A stretch of 57,910 nt of DNA, counting the filler, from Sphacelaria rigidula (Eukaryota), in the NCBI GenBank assembly GCA_964200075.2. It is 6 parts of 6 records of this genome, joined end to end, with 100 filler letters (N's around TTAATTAATTAA, not from the genome) between each part and the next. Parts side by side here need not be neighbours in the genome. Positions count along the whole stretch, not along the records: positions 9,670 to 19,238 come from CAXNAA020008190.1; positions 19,339 to 28,907 come from CAXNAA020008191.1; 4 more parts are not named here. One strand, given 5' to 3'. The translations under genes were made by a program, and so were the position numbers. The notes under the pieces were generated by a model. The model had not been told where the DNA came from, did no database searches, and saw nothing but the letters and a program-made list of their open reading frames with translations. This document shows, piece after piece, positions 12,822 through 25,481 of this stretch. Numbering within the stretch: the first letter of the stretch is position 1; each line of letters begins with the position of its first letter.

Positions 12822-13486
12822 CCCTTGGACAGCGAGCGTCGCCTCGGAACAGTATCACAGGCTGACAGTCCAGGGACATCCAGGGTTTCCAGGGGGCGGG
12901 GGCGAGTGTTATTGGCAAGGGGTGGGTGCCTGTTCGCAGAACAACCGAAAGGTTCACCAAGACGACCATGCGTGTTCGGAATTTTTCACGGGAAATTATA
13001 GCCAGGAACGAGACCCCAGAGGAGCGGAGTGACCATTCTGACCAATCACCGACATCAAAATGATCACTTTGTTCCCCTCCTGGTGGGCTACAGGTGAACT
13101 CGTGGTCTGCGCCGCCTGGCTGACCCCTCATGTGTTGCCAGCATAGTTTCACGTCGTCTGTAGTGTTCCTGTGGAGCACTGAGCAGAGACATCAGCAGCA
13201 TGCAGTAGATTGTGTTCAGTCGAGAGCGATGGCACGCTGACTGATTCTTGCCGTTGTATCCAGCGAAGACATACAGCACACATACTGACTGACTCTGCAC
13301 GCAATAGACTACAGGGTCAAATCCGGTCCGGGGTTCTCTGGGACTCAAGTCTATACAGATGCCCAGCATCCACGTGCTCATGAAAAAAAAGGCGTTTTGT
13401 GTAGCGAGAAAAGAGTTGTTCTGAGCCCGACATGTGGCACACATGGTCCATCTCAGTCCAGCTGCGGGGGGGTCGCTGTCTAAGGG
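12822..13486. mobile_element. piggyBac-like (TTAA) non-autonomous element, family P
   Basis: TTGA|cccttggacagcga ... tcgctgtctaaggg|TTAA. Homologous in reverse orientation to 17406-18866 and 52826-53649. Confidence 0.82.
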
Positions 13487-13620
13487 TTAAGGGCCCGTTT
13501 TAACAAGACAAGAAGAGCGAAAACGCGCAGTGAGAGAGCGAGAGTGATTCTGGTGTTGTTGTTTTTTGCTTTGTCCTCCCGAATGGTTGGCATTTGATGA
13601 ACAGCCAACTGTAAGGACAA

Positions 13621-13623
<3 letters not shown>

Positions 13624-13657
<34 letters not shown>
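13624..13657. repeat. (CA)n microsatellite
   Basis: Read directly from the sequence. Confidence 0.95.
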
Positions 13658-13663
<6 letters not shown>

Positions 13664-14457
13664 CAAAGTCACTCTCACTCTCACGGCGCGTTCTCACATC
13701 CCTCGTCTCGTTCAAACATGGCCTAAAAACGAGAGAAGCAAATGAGGGCTCAGTGTGATCAGACCATCTTGTATGGCAACCCATCCGGGGGGGGATGCGG
13801 GAGCCACTTGAAAAACCACGCTCCTCCTCGCATTTCCATTCTCATACGCACGAAAATCAACGATTTTTTAGTTAATTTTGGTGGGAAGGAAGGAACAACC
13901 CGATGTGAATGCGAGAGAGAACGTGAAACAGAAACGGGGCCATACACAAGTCTGTTCAGAATTGAATGAGAAACGATCATTTGCCTGAAACGCGCACACA
14001 GCACACGCACACAACGGGTCACCACCGGCACGTTCTCGGTTCTATTTTGATCCGCACGCGACCGCCTTTCCTCCACCACAGGTATTTCCATTAAACAAAG
14101 GCTGCCATGCGTAGATACGAAGATAGTGTCGGAGCTAATGCGTGGGAGCAGTGGGTGTCTGTGCGTGCTTTTTCGGGTCTCGGTGGGTAGGTGTTGTTTT
14201 TGTCTTGTTGCGTCTTGTCTGTACCCGTACAGAGAGGCTGGACTAAGGCCTTATCTTATCGAAACAAAGAATAAGCACGAAGAGGAACAAGCGTCCAAAA
14301 GCAGCATGTTGATTGGTTGCCGCAACCACAGACCCGTCCGACGGTCAATCAACTTGTTGCTCTTGACGCTTGTTCCTCTTCGTGCTTGTTTTATTTGTCT
14401 CGACAAGACACGCCCTAACGACCACGTACAGACTTGCCGCATTTTGGGACTTATGTG

Positions 14458-15752
14458 CAGGGTTCTAAATCGAAGTAAAAAAAACTTCGATATCAAATCG
14501 CGAATAATCAAAGGTTCCAGATATTGCGAAAACGCGGTAATCGCCAGCTTCGATTTTCGATTTCGGAGGATCCTGAGGGCAAAGAAGGTTCCAAAGTCTA
14601 CGCTGCTCTACAGGTGAAAGTTTCCTGGGTTAGGGATTTGTGACCTATCTCTGGTTTGGCCACTTTGGGATATTACTTATCGGTAGTTATTACCTTTCAA
14701 TTGAATTTAGTGTAGACCTGCGCCGAGATGAAAAAATTATTTCCAGTTGAAAAGGTGAATTACCAGGAAACTACCATCCCTGGTCTGTGTTGACTTGATC
14801 AAATGAAGTCGACAAAGTTGCAGGCTGGGAACGTGCCACAAGTCATCATTCCACCGTCAGTTAAGTCGACTGCTTTTGGTCAGCTGTCATGGTGAACCGC
14901 GCTGATTGAGGCGTGTGTGGAAGCTGAGACCCTGCTGTTCGGCTTTCGTCCTTCAACCGAAAACGGATGCCTGAAGAAGTGGAAATAACTCAAAGTGTTG
15001 ACTGTCAGGTACTGCTAATTGCTTGATGAATTACGCCCTCGTATGATAAAAGACACCCTATGGGACACAACACAGAGCAAAGGGCATAGAGCACCGAGTA
15101 CACGAAGCCACCAATGGTGTAGCGAATGCAGTGCCTGCTTGGTTCTGCAGCAGTGTGTTGATACACTTCGCATCCACACAAAAAGCTGCTGTTTGCCTGA
15201 CAAGAGCCATAATCTATGCTGCTCAGTGACAGCTCCCACCCTCAGGCACTCAAGGAGGGCAACCGTTTCACTTCTGAGTCTCGCCCATCTTCCACCCTAC
15301 ACCGTGACAGACTTTATGTTCTTGCTCGAGCTGCTGTAGTCCTCTTTTTTGAACTTTTGTTCAGGGGGAGAGGATGATCTTGCTTGGGCGGCAGATTACT
15401 CTGCCGCCGTCGACCCTGATCGAGAGTTGGCTGGGTTAGCGGCAAGCTGTCCGGGCCGCTCGTCCACCAACACAACATCATGGGTCCCTTCACCCTCGTC
15501 GGAATCGCTACCCTCCATCACCTTGTTGCCCCTAAGGTAGTCTGTGATGGGATTAGATGAGCCAGCTAGGGACACCTACGAGGTACGCAGGGGCGCCGTG
15601 CTCACCCAAGCTGCTGGCCTAGAGGCTCAGGTCGATATCGAAAATCGCGATTAATCGAAACTCTAGACCCTAAAATTCTCGATCATGATTTCCTTCGATT
15701 CTGGATTAGTCGCGATTTGAAATCCAAGTTTCGATCTCGATTTAGAACCCTG
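14458..15752. mobile_element. hAT-like non-autonomous element
   Basis: 16-bp TIR CAGGGTTCTAAATCGA / TCGATTTAGAACCCTG, subterminal atcg(a/c)-rich repeats, and a degenerate 8-bp TSD cttatgtg / cttgtcgg. Confidence 0.75.
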
Positions 15753-15991
15753 CTTGTCGGCAGATGAAGGATTTGATAAAAGGTAAGAAGTGTTCTCGAT
15801 ACGTGAGACTGAAACAGGTCATGGGAGATACCTGAAACGCGAGGTTCCCGGTATATTTTACAGTAAAAAGTAAAATATGCTGGGAACTTTGTTCACTGTT
15901 GAATATACCGGAAACTTGCAGAACCTCAAGTTTTAGATACCTCAATTGTGGAGACACTCTTTTTTACAACAATTTCGAGGAAAACGGTTGG

Positions 15992-16090
15992 CCCTTCGAC
16001 CGCCAGGGTAGGTCATCGGGGTCACGCAGTGACTTCTTCGAGAGAAATTGATGCCGATTCAACGGGTGACCCACGATGGCGGTCGAAGGG
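15992..16090. mobile_element. Short (~100 bp) TTAA-type MITE, family S
   Basis: cccttcgaccgcc ... ggcggtcgaaggg|TTGA. Shares the core gatgccgattca with 23750-23847 and a variant with 17300-17401. Confidence 0.7.
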
Positions 16091-16310
16091 TTGATCGTCG
16101 CCGACAAAAACGCGCTTGAAGGCCTGAATATCGTTCTTCACACTCAAAGCAAGCAGTAAACATGTCAGAAATATGTTGACCGTTGGACCGCAAGCGTTGC
16201 CTTGGAACAGATTTCACGGGCTGACAGTCCAGGAACATCCGGGGGTTTCCAGAGGCCGGCGGGGTAGTTTTTGACCGACCGGCGTCTACTTCCAGGCGCA
16301 GGCATCGTAA

Positions 16311-17150
16311 GGCCATCTTCTGTGGCAGTCACCAATCTCGATTTTTTCAATCTCGGGGGGAAAAATCGTGAAGCGCATTTATGGGCCCCGATTTTTATCA
16401 AATTGGCGGAGAAATAATCGGGGGTGTCACGATCTCAGAACGAGTTCCCCCGAATTTTCGAAAATATTGGGGGAAAATATTCCGAGAGATTGTCTCCCCC
16501 CGATTTTCAGGAGGTGATGTACGTGCATTGACGTACAATGGTAGGGTACGAGGCGTTTGATATCCTTGCAACCGAAGCAGAAGACGGTCTCGTGACAGCG
16601 CAGGGCATGCCTGCCCGCGCCAGCCGCTGAGACAGCTTCGCACGGGGCTGACGCCATACCCTGCGGCGATGGTACTATTTTATGCTGCACTGCGCTGCCA
16701 TGTGTATCATTATAACGAACGCTACTGTACTCTCCTAGTCTGGTGTCGCTGTACTTGCAGGGTGATATAGCACTACACTCCTGAACTCTTCTTGCGCACT
16801 GTTTGTTCACTGTTCTCGCGATACCGACTGGGCCATCACGCACTACCACACGGCATTACGATGTACTGTAATGATGGAGTGTCATGCATTGCATTACCCC
16901 AGGGTACCAAGGTATGACACTGTACTCGAAGAATTATTCCCCCCCTGCCTGCTCTTCAGTTTCATGCACGAGTGCGCAATACCAGACTCATGCAGAAAAT
17001 GGCTGCGTACAGAACTGTTTCGCAAATCTGTGATACTGTCTGTACGATGGAACTGCCCCCCCGATTTTGAGTTTGCGAATTTGAGTCTCCCCGGTTTTGA
17101 AGAAATCGGGTTATCAAAAAAATCGTAATTTGTTGCCGCAAAAGATGGTC
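16311..17150 (+). mobile_element. PIF/Harbinger-like non-autonomous element, family R1
   Basis: TAA|ggccatcttctgtggca ... tgccgcaaaagatggtc|TAA. Further copies at 32215-34051, 34337-36029, 34519-35370 and about 51700-52470. Confidence 0.85.
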
Positions 17151-17299
17151 TAACAAAACCCGCCGGTAGAGTAGAACCAGTTCCGCATTACTTTTGTGCA
17201 GACCCGTAGGTCCATCCAACACCATTTTGCACACAAGAGAGAAACTGACCCAAATATCTACCTTCGAGGAAAACAAATTACAAACGGCACGGCTCTTAA

Positions 17300-17401
17300 C
17301 CCTTGAACCACGGTGAGGGTAGTCTATTTGGATCATGCATAATGTTTTCAAGTGAACATTTATGCCGGTTCAGCTGGTGACCTATCCTCGCGGTCAAAGA
17401 G
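17300..17401. mobile_element. Short TTAA-type MITE, family S
   Basis: TTAA|cccttgaacc ... ggtcaaagag|TTGA. Shares its right target site with the adjacent family P copy. Confidence 0.72.
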
Positions 17402-17405
17402 TTGA

Positions 17406-18866
17406 CCCTCAGACAGCGACCCCCCCGCAGGTGGACTGAGATGGACTATGCCACATTCCGGGGTTAGAGCAGCTCTTTTCTCGCTGCACAAAACGCCTTT
17501 TTTCAGGAACATGTGGATGTTTTGGCATCCATGTAGAAAAGAGTCCCGGAGAACCCATGACCGGTTTTGATCATGCAGTCCATTACGTGCAGAGTCAGTC
17601 GGTTTGTGTATCTTCGCTGGATGCAACGGCAAGAAGCAGACAGCGTGCCATCGCTCTCCATCGAACACAGTCTACTGCATGCTGCTGTTGTCTGTGCTTA
17701 GTGTTTTTCACAACAACACTACAGCGTGAAGCTCTGCTGGCAACGAGGGGTCAGGCGCGCGGCACACTGTAAACCACGAGCGGATTGAAGATGGAAATCA
17801 CGTGATTTGTGCCCAAGTCGCCTATGGTTGAATCGTTATCAAAATAACATACGACTAGACAGCGAAGTGGTCCACCTGGAGGGGAACAAAGTGACCATTG
17901 TGATAGTCGTGATTGGTCATAATGGTCAGGGCCCTTCTTATCGAAGGAGATTTTTTAGACTGACCCCTTCTGCGGCCGCAGAAAAAGCAGATTACTGTTT
18001 TTTGCGGAGAAGAACGGCTGTGAAAAAACAGCAGGAATACCAAAAGATGTCGCAAATTTCATGGAAATACAGCAGATTCTAAAGAGGATAAAGCACAAGT
18101 CGTGGTGCAGATTTACAATAGGACAGCGCAGACTTGCGATTCCCCCGAGAAGAAAATCTGCAGCCAGAGTGTCGACAAACAACTCCAGGGGCAGAAATAG
18201 GCCTTAACTCCTTTTGCGCCCGCCGAAAAATGATCACATTACGTTTTTTTGCGCAGAGAAACGGCTGTAAAAAAGACAGCAGGGAAACCAGAATATGTCG
18301 CAGATTTTAGAGAGAATAGAGCATACTTGGTTTTTCGTGGCGCAGATTTCCAATAGAACAGCGCAGACTTGCGATTTCCCCGGACAGAAAACCTGCAAAC
18401 AGAACAACTTGAGGGACCGAAAAAGGGGAGGGGGTCGCAGAAGAAGTGCAGAAGAGCAAAAAAAAAAGCAGGAGAAAAAAACTCCGCAGAAAACGAGCAG
18501 AAAAAAATCAGATGGAATCAAGGCCTAGATTTCAGGAAGTGTTTCTGCACTTCCTGAAATGCCCCCGCAAAATGAGGATTGCTGTGCATGTTTTGGGGAT
18601 TTGTTGGAGGGGGTGGTATCGCAGCGACCAATCAGCGGTCGTTTTCGATAAGAAGAGCCCTCACTTCGCTCCTTTCGAGCCTCGTTCCCGGCTTCGAACT
18701 TTTCGCGGGAAAATTTCAATAGTTGACTTAGTGGGCCTTTTGGCTGTTCTGCGAACAGGCTCCCACTCCCTGCCACAAACCATCTCCGCGCCCCCCGGAA
18801 ACGCCCGGATGTCCCTGGACTGTCAGCCTGTGAAATTGTTCCGAGGCGACGCTTGTTGTCTAAGGG
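17406..18866. mobile_element. piggyBac-like family P copy carrying a nested insertion
   Basis: TTGA|ccctcagacagcga ... ttgtctaaggg|TTAA. Colinear with 52826-53649 apart from the 17929-18660 insert. Confidence 0.82.
17929..18660. mobile_element. Harbinger-like MITE nested in family P
   Basis: TCA|gggcccttcttatcgaa ... ttcgataagaagagccc|TCA. The empty site (aatggtca-ctccgctcc) is visible in the 12822-13486 copy. Contains an internal tandem duplication with a period of about 250 bp. Confidence 0.82.
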
Positions 18867-19966
18867 TTAATGCTATTTTCACACCCACTACAATGCCGGA
18901 GTGTGTCCGCCGTTTTTTCTCTTGTTAATCATTTGTCGTGCAAGTGGCGGGGGACGACAAGAGCAGTGTCGAACACCCGTTCAATGGTGTCATCAGCAAA
19001 CCATCTGTGCTGACGGTAGAAGTTACTAGTGTAAGCGGCTTTCGGTACAAAAAATGCTATCGCCACCCCCATATCTTACAGTACTGTCTGTATCACAGTT
19101 CTGCCTGCACTGCACCGTCCACTACTACCAGTGTTTTCGTGAGATCGAGAGTAGATGATACGGTTGAGAGTGGTTTTGATCAATCGCTTTAAGTGAGTTA
19201 TTTCTTTATTCCACGTGTGCTGTTCTTTACCTCCATCANNNNNNNNNNNNNNNNNNNNNNNNNNNNNNNNNNNNNNNNNNNNTTAATTAATTAANNNNNN
19301 NNNNNNNNNNNNNNNNNNNNNNNNNNNNNNNNNNNNNNTTTGTAGGGATGCGAGGTCAATGGTCTGATGACTATGGCAAGCATGATCATGAGTACACCCC
19401 CCCCTCGCACAAGGAGAGAGGAGATTCTCAGCAATCGGCCATAGATCGGCGTTGAGGGTCCCCCATCGGTATGGTTGATGGTCAAATGAGTGCGCCCCCC
19501 CCACTTCCAAAGGGCTTGACTTTCGGCCTCTGCTCCCCTTCACAGCATGAGGGGGTACGTGCAAGAGCAGTGAAAATAATATGGATCCTAGTCACCGTCC
19601 CTCGTGGGGAAGGGGTTCATCAAGGTAATCAAAGTATGACTCATGCCGAAACAAGATTATGGGGTGGATGCGAGAATAGTGAAACGAACTGGAGTACAAG
19701 TAAGTCTCGTAGGGACGGGGGTTGATGAACTCATGGCAGAGCTTGTACGAGAAGCTTATGCAGCATACGTCCAAGAGATGCGTCTCTGCTTGCTCCCCCC
19801 CCGCCGTCGTTTTTTTGTAGGGATGCGAAGTCAATGGTCCCATGACTACGGCATGCAAGATTATGAGTACACACTCCCTCCCCCCGCGCCCCTCGCATCT
19901 GCATCCTTTACGTCTGATATCGCGGTGTTTCGTGCTTCCAGGCTGCTGTTCGTACATGTAGGTTAC

Positions 19967-20062
19967 CTTAACGCCATCCTTAGGAGCTTTGGCGGCCTCC
20001 TCAAGAAACGCACACTTCTTGGGCGTGCTTAAAACATACAGCGTGCCGTCTTTTGCTAGCAC
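19967..20062 (-). CDS. SPT16: FACT complex subunit SPT16, coding exon 3
   Basis: cag|VLAKDGTLYVLSTPKKCAFLEEAAKAPKDGVK|gtaac, 96 nt, phase 0-0. Continues the SPT16 N-terminal lobe after the PDT motif. Later exons were not found and presumably lie beyond the contig end. Confidence 0.88.
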
Positions 20063-20742
20063 CTGCCAGGAGAGAGGAACGATGGGGAGGGCGGGGAGAT
20101 TGAGCGAGCAGTGATACTGATACAAACAAATGAATCGCAAAAAAAGAAAGAAAAAAACTTAAGGATGCAGCAAATCAATGTATGCACATATTTATCCACG
20201 TGATCGTCGTCTATATCATAATCCAAAAATGTCTGCGGGAATCAAGCAGCGATATGCCCTCGATCTTGAGCGGATACATTTTACTTGTCACTTTCACCCC
20301 GGGAATCGAAAAACTGTTCAGGCCTGAAACACATCCCTCCCTGTCTGACCGAAACATAAACGGCACATAGGGGAGTATTCAGTACGCTGCTGACTAAATG
20401 ATGCGCAGGAATCATCTCTCAATACTGTACTACAAATTTATATTTATTTTTGTCCGAGATCTTTGTTGCTCATCCTGTTCTCGCCCGTTTCGGTGGTCAC
20501 TGTTGTCAGTTACGCACGAGTCGCATATTTCAAAACATCGAAATCCAACCCCTGCCCTCCTATCTTCTCCCCCCTCCCTCCGTCTCGATATATCTTGGCC
20601 ACCCCCGTATGCCCATCTCCGTCGGTCCACACACTACGCATGTATTCGTTGGGCTGCATCTCTCTCTCTTTCTGCCTCCGTTTCGCCCTACAGGGTCCAC
20701 CGCTTCCTCACGTATGTCTCTTGACGTCTCTGTTTATCTCAC

Positions 20743-20882
20743 CAGAACAGTGTCGGGCAGTTCCCATGCAAACAGGTGCAGTTGCAGGGCAATGGATTTC
20801 TTGTAGTAGTTATCGTCCTCGTTTTGCATGCCCGACGGAAAGCACAGCGCCGTCGACCCGCCCCACATCGGCAAGTTAGCAG
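20743..20882 (-). CDS. SPT16: FACT complex subunit SPT16, coding exon 2
   Basis: cag|(A)ANLPMWGGSTALCFPSGMQNEDDNYYKKSIALQLHLFAWELPDTVL|gtgag, 140 nt, phase 1-0. Matches the SPT16 motif Y.KS.ALQ..L.GYE.PDT. Confidence 0.92.
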
Positions 20883-21083
20883 CTGTTTGTTCCATCATGG
20901 CAATTGTTACACGGGGGGGGGGGGGGGGGGGGGGGGGGGGGTGGGGAGTACGGGGGGGGGGGGGTGGGGAAAGTTGGGAAAGGCCGGCGGGAACGGGCCC
21001 TTAGTGTAAAAGGGNNNNNNNNNNCCCGCCCGCGGCCCGGCCTCTAGGAGGTGGGTGCGGGGGGTGGGGCGGCTGGGGGGGGT

Positions 21084-21115
<32 letters not shown>

Positions 21116-22783
21116 GGGCGGGGATGGGATGTACGTGTGAGGCTGGTTGCGATAATTGTGAAAAGCACGCTCGTAACTGACCATTAGTTTAAAGGGGAAG
21201 CGATCGTCGGAAATAAGTACTATTTGTGTATTTTTTCTTCGCCATCTCAGGGTACAATAATAGTCAGCGAGGTTCCCACATGCTCGAGTTATCTTTCAGG
21301 TGCTGAGTTACTTCCGCACGCGACTCGTCACCAATGCGCGCATCTGCTGCAACGTAGTTCGAGCAAAAGGTGGAGACTACATACAAAGCGGGCGTCATAT
21401 TTTGATGATGGAGGTTCGTCTTCACGACCTATCCTTTGGCGTGGCCCGTCTGTGTATTTAATTGATTGATTGATTAATTGATTGAGCGTGTCGCACATTG
21501 ATTGATCTCCGAGGAATCGAGCCGCCGCGGTGGCGAGAAAGCCGTGCCGACAAAACGGTGAAGAAAACCATGTGTGGCATCTATTGCCGAAAGTCACCCC
21601 GACTAGAATAGATCAAGAAAGAAGCAACGTGAGAAAAGGGGGAGAGGCCGGGTGCTACGGAAGTGTGCGTGTGGCATCAAAGCGAGAGCTGAGTGAGCAA
21701 AATAACTTCTCCCGCTCTATGCGAGGTGGCTGAAAGCTGTTGGCAACGACACCAATCTTCGACCTTATAAGTGTACCAGGTGAGGTGTGCCATGTACAGA
21801 GAAGTCAGTGCGACAACCGCAGCGCCGTCACCCCTTCTTGCTGCTCATTATGCTGTAAGCCATAACGAACTGCGCCATTTCGAGGTACCGACAGAACTGC
21901 CATGCTCGCGGATACCAGATCCTCGATGCCGGTACTCACATCGTTGTACAACTGTGCTGTGGTAAGCAGCAGTAGACAGCTTCGGATACATTTTCTTTTC
22001 CACACAGAACTGCGGACGCCCATCACACAGGAGGAATAAGATCAAGTTTCCGAGAAGCTCCAGTCAGCTGTGTAGATATTTGTACACTTACTGTTATGGA
22101 TTTGTACAAATTTGGGGGTTCAGCCTCTCTTCAGGTGTTCTCAGTCCACGGATTGCGTTTTGGACCCCAGTCCGTTTGGCAGTGTTGATTTTTTCTCGGC
22201 TAGCTGTGGAAAATCAGATTATTTCTTCGATTTCCTGGACGTCAACTCCTGGTATTTCACCTAACTTGTCAGATGGAAGTAAGTCTGCGTGTGCGTGAGC
22301 AAGGGACATGTTTCGGCCGCACATCTGTTTCTTGTTATTGTTTCCGCACAACAGCCCCATCCCTCGAACCCGCGGTCACAGACACAGGCTCGCCTTCTCA
22401 GTACCGTCACTACTGTTCCTTACATGCGATAAAAAGCGATCCTTGAGCGGGTTCTTCTGAGACTTCAAGAACGACCACGAAACAACGATAGAGAAACGTC
22501 AAGAGAAAAAGAAAAAAAAAGCCTCCCTCCGAGTTGGTCAGGGTGACGTGAGACACACAACACTAGATCTGCTAGTTAAGTAAACGAAATCGAGATAAAT
22601 AGTACTGAGTATAACAACAAGATGCACACCCCACGAGAAAATACGTCAATACGACTCCATGTTTGGTTTTCAGCTTTTATTGCAAAGAAGTGGAGAGACG
22701 GCTATTGTACTTGTAACGATCATTCCTACATTCCAGTTGACGGGGCGAACGGGAGATGACTACATTACAGTATAGTTACCTTA

Positions 22784-23069
22784 GACCCATTACTAATTAC
22801 GCTATTTTTTCGGAGATTCCCGAAAAAAAATCGGGATTGACAAGGTACGTAACGAATCTCGAATGCTGGCGAGCGCCACGGCGTAGACACAGGGTAGCTC
22901 TCGTAAGTGCTACATTGCGGTCCAAAGATTTCGGATTTCTCCGAAGGTGAAGCTCAGGAGAAAGAATCAAACCGCTTCGTTTCCGGAGAAGTCTGAAAGC
23001 AGAGTCCGACAAATAGATGAAAACAAACGAAATCTCCGAAAAAAGAGTCAATAATCATGATAATGGGCC
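22784..23069. mobile_element. Harbinger/Tourist-like MITE in SPT16 intron 1
   Basis: TTA|gacccatta..ttttttcggagatt ... aatctccgaaaaaa..taatgggcc|TTA. Confidence 0.72.
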
Positions 23070-23749
23070 TTAGAGTGGAGTAAGGCATTGCTCCGTGCAT
23101 GTATATACCAGTTTTTGATTTAGTGAAATTATCTGCCTTACAGTGTATGTCTCGAGCAACAGCTGACCCTTGAGTCTTGTGTTGCTCGTACCGAGATTAT
23201 TTGACCTTCGATTGCCCACCTGAGCCTCATGTTCGTATTTCAAGTAAAACGTATGCTGGCAACAGAGGGAAACCTCTGCGGGGTGATGGGGTATAGCTGT
23301 TGGGGGTTGGGGTGGGTTGGTTGGTTGATTTAGATGAACGAGTCTGATGAAACGGTTCGGATGGGATTGGGCTGGTTCATTGTTACTACTATTTTTTACA
23401 AGGGAAAGGCAATATGGGAACCAACTGAAAATCGAGAACACTCCCGGATACTCACGGAGTAAATAAAATAAAATTTCAAGTTTTCAGGAAGACGCCAGGC
23501 GCACTGCGAGCATACTACGTGGTGGGCTACTTTTTACGTTCAGGCGACGTTCAATAGACAGGGGAGATTCTAGCGGTAACACAGCGAATATTTCCTTCGC
23601 ATGACACGCGTTGGTCGCGTTCACTTGCGCGGTGGTCCAATTTGTCTCGTACATCTCAGCACCTTCCTCTACGACTCGATACTACTCGGAAACATCTTGG
23701 GCAATCTGCATCCGTGTTGTCGCGCGTCTGTCCGTCGTGCACAACTTAA

Positions 23750-23847
23750 CCCTTGGACCGCAAGGGTAGTCTTATCTGGATCATACAAACTTTTTTCAAG
23801 TGAAATGATGCCGATTCAACAGATGACCTACTCTCGCTGTCTGAGGG
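23750..23847. mobile_element. Short TTAA-type MITE, family S, in SPT16 intron 1
   Basis: TTAA|cccttggaccgc ... gctgtctgaggg|TTAA, a perfect TTAA duplication. Confidence 0.8.
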
Positions 23848-24559
23848 TTAAGACTTGTCTCAATGGGAGCAGCGAGGTGAAATACCGAAATTCAACATCC
23901 AGAGATGCGGAGGATTTGTAACGACTTTCCGCGCAGCTCGCCGAGAAACAATGCCCACCGGATTTCGTTCCGGAAGCTCAATCCGCGGGATGTGATCGCC
24001 TTCAAAGAGGCTGAAATCACCAGAATTGCGCAAATGCAGAGTGGGAGTCATGACGCAATACTATTAATAATAAGTTGGTTACGCTGATGTGACACGAATG
24101 GTTTTCCGAAGCGATCATAACATGCCGCCTTGCCCAAACGATACGGAGTAAGAGGCTCCTTCCTGCCCAATTGGCCTGGAAATGCATCGTATTAGGGGTC
24201 TGATTCGTGGAAATTTTCACTGACTCTAGTTCAAGCGCATTCATTCCGCTGTAAATATTTTCCGAGCGCAAAAAATGGCATGAGGACGTACATGGCGCAC
24301 AGCGCACCTTTCATGTGCCGCGTTTGAGCATCGTTTTCTTATTATATGCCATAGCAGAGCTCCATATTTTTTAAAAACACCACAACGTGAAGGTACAAAA
24401 ACGAGTACGAGTACCTGTACAAACAGACAAGTTAGTAACTGTACTACTGTACTGTTGTACTGTACGTTCTGCACTATGTTGTACTGTCCAACCAAGGACA
24501 CTGTGACAGCAACACGAGTACCATTTTTCACCAACAGCAGCAAGAGCTCGAAAGCCTAC

Positions 24560-24632
24560 CTTTTGTCCATTGCGTGTGCAGCCGCTTCAATCGCGCCAAG
24601 CACCTCTCCGCGTTCAACCCGGCGTCGGCCAT
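24560..24632 (-). CDS. SPT16: FACT complex subunit SPT16, coding exon 1
   Basis: MADAGLNAERCLARLKRLHTQWTK+G|gtagg, 73 nt, phase 1. Resembles the SPT16 start (R.K.LY..W.K) and joins exon 2 in frame. An AG acceptor 12 nt upstream of the ATG suggests a 5'UTR intron. Confidence 0.85.
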
Positions 24633-25099
24633 CCCTTGCTTTTCTGCCAAGACAAGACAGGACCGCACGCGCCGTCCGTGATAAAATTACAACAAATACA
24701 AGTTTTTTTTTCACGAATATACTGTCAACTTTTTCAGTTATTCTCTCTCTCCGCTGCTAAGCTCAATACTCACCACGTGATGTCAGTAATCAGGCAATGA
24801 CCACGCTCAACTCTGGGCATTTCGTGCTGCTCACCGTACCCTTCTCCCGGCGCCTAGTACATTTTCGAACATGTTATTTATCATTTTGTACTTGTTTCGT
24901 GTTTACATTCACTCATGTGTTCATACCCGTGATCGAAAGCCGAAACGCTGAGCTCAGTGCGCTCGAAGTACACCTTTGATGCACGACTATATATGTGTGT
25001 GTATCCGGCTTATGATATCAACTCCAGATAGGGGGGAAATTTCATCGTGTTTTCTAAAAAGTAAGCTCTGCAAGAAAAGGGGAGTATGATCTGGAGAAG

Positions 25100-25158
<59 letters not shown>

Positions 25159-25298
25159 GAGGGCGATGAGAAGAGCGCCCCTGAGATATGACATGTATTA
25201 GTTTGTAAGTAGAGGATTTCGAAGATCATATCGCTATTTACAACATAGTATGTATTTATCATTAGCAGGCAACAGTTAGTAGTTTTGCGGCACACGTT
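24633..25298. promoter_or_regulatory. Probable bidirectional promoter / 5'UTR region between SPT16 and FtsZ, containing a (CA)n tract at 25101-25153
   Basis: Two divergent start codons about 670 bp apart with no gap and no recognised transposon between them. Promoter function is inferred. Confidence 0.55.
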
Positions 25299-25481
25299 AT
25301 GGCGCTGCGAGCGGCTCTGAAGGGGGTTGCAGGCAGTTGTGGCCGTGGCCGAGGGGGAGGAGCACCCCTTGCGTCATCAGCAACACGGCGATGGAGTCGT
25401 GAGCCTTCTGGCGCCTCATCGGTGCCCTCTGGTGGTGCTGTTTCCATGTCGTCGGATGGGGTTGGAGCGTCGTTGAGGAAG
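25299..25481 (+). CDS. ftsZ: Probable exon 1 of mitochondrial FtsZ (targeting peptide)
   Basis: MALRAALKGVAGSCGRGRGGGAPLASSATRRWSR... is rich in R/A/S/G and poor in acidic residues, like a mitochondrial presequence. Donor aag|gtacga, phase 0. The link to the FtsZ exon is inferred from position and phase. Confidence 0.62.

Noticed and set aside
19360-19400. CTGATGA as a hammerhead ribozyme core (Penelope-like)
   Set aside because: There is no matching GAAA core or stems, and the heptamer is not conserved in the other copies.
23219-23274. Additional SPT16 exon in intron 1
   Set aside because: It has AG/GT-like borders but no SPT16 similarity, and exons 1 and 2 already join in frame.
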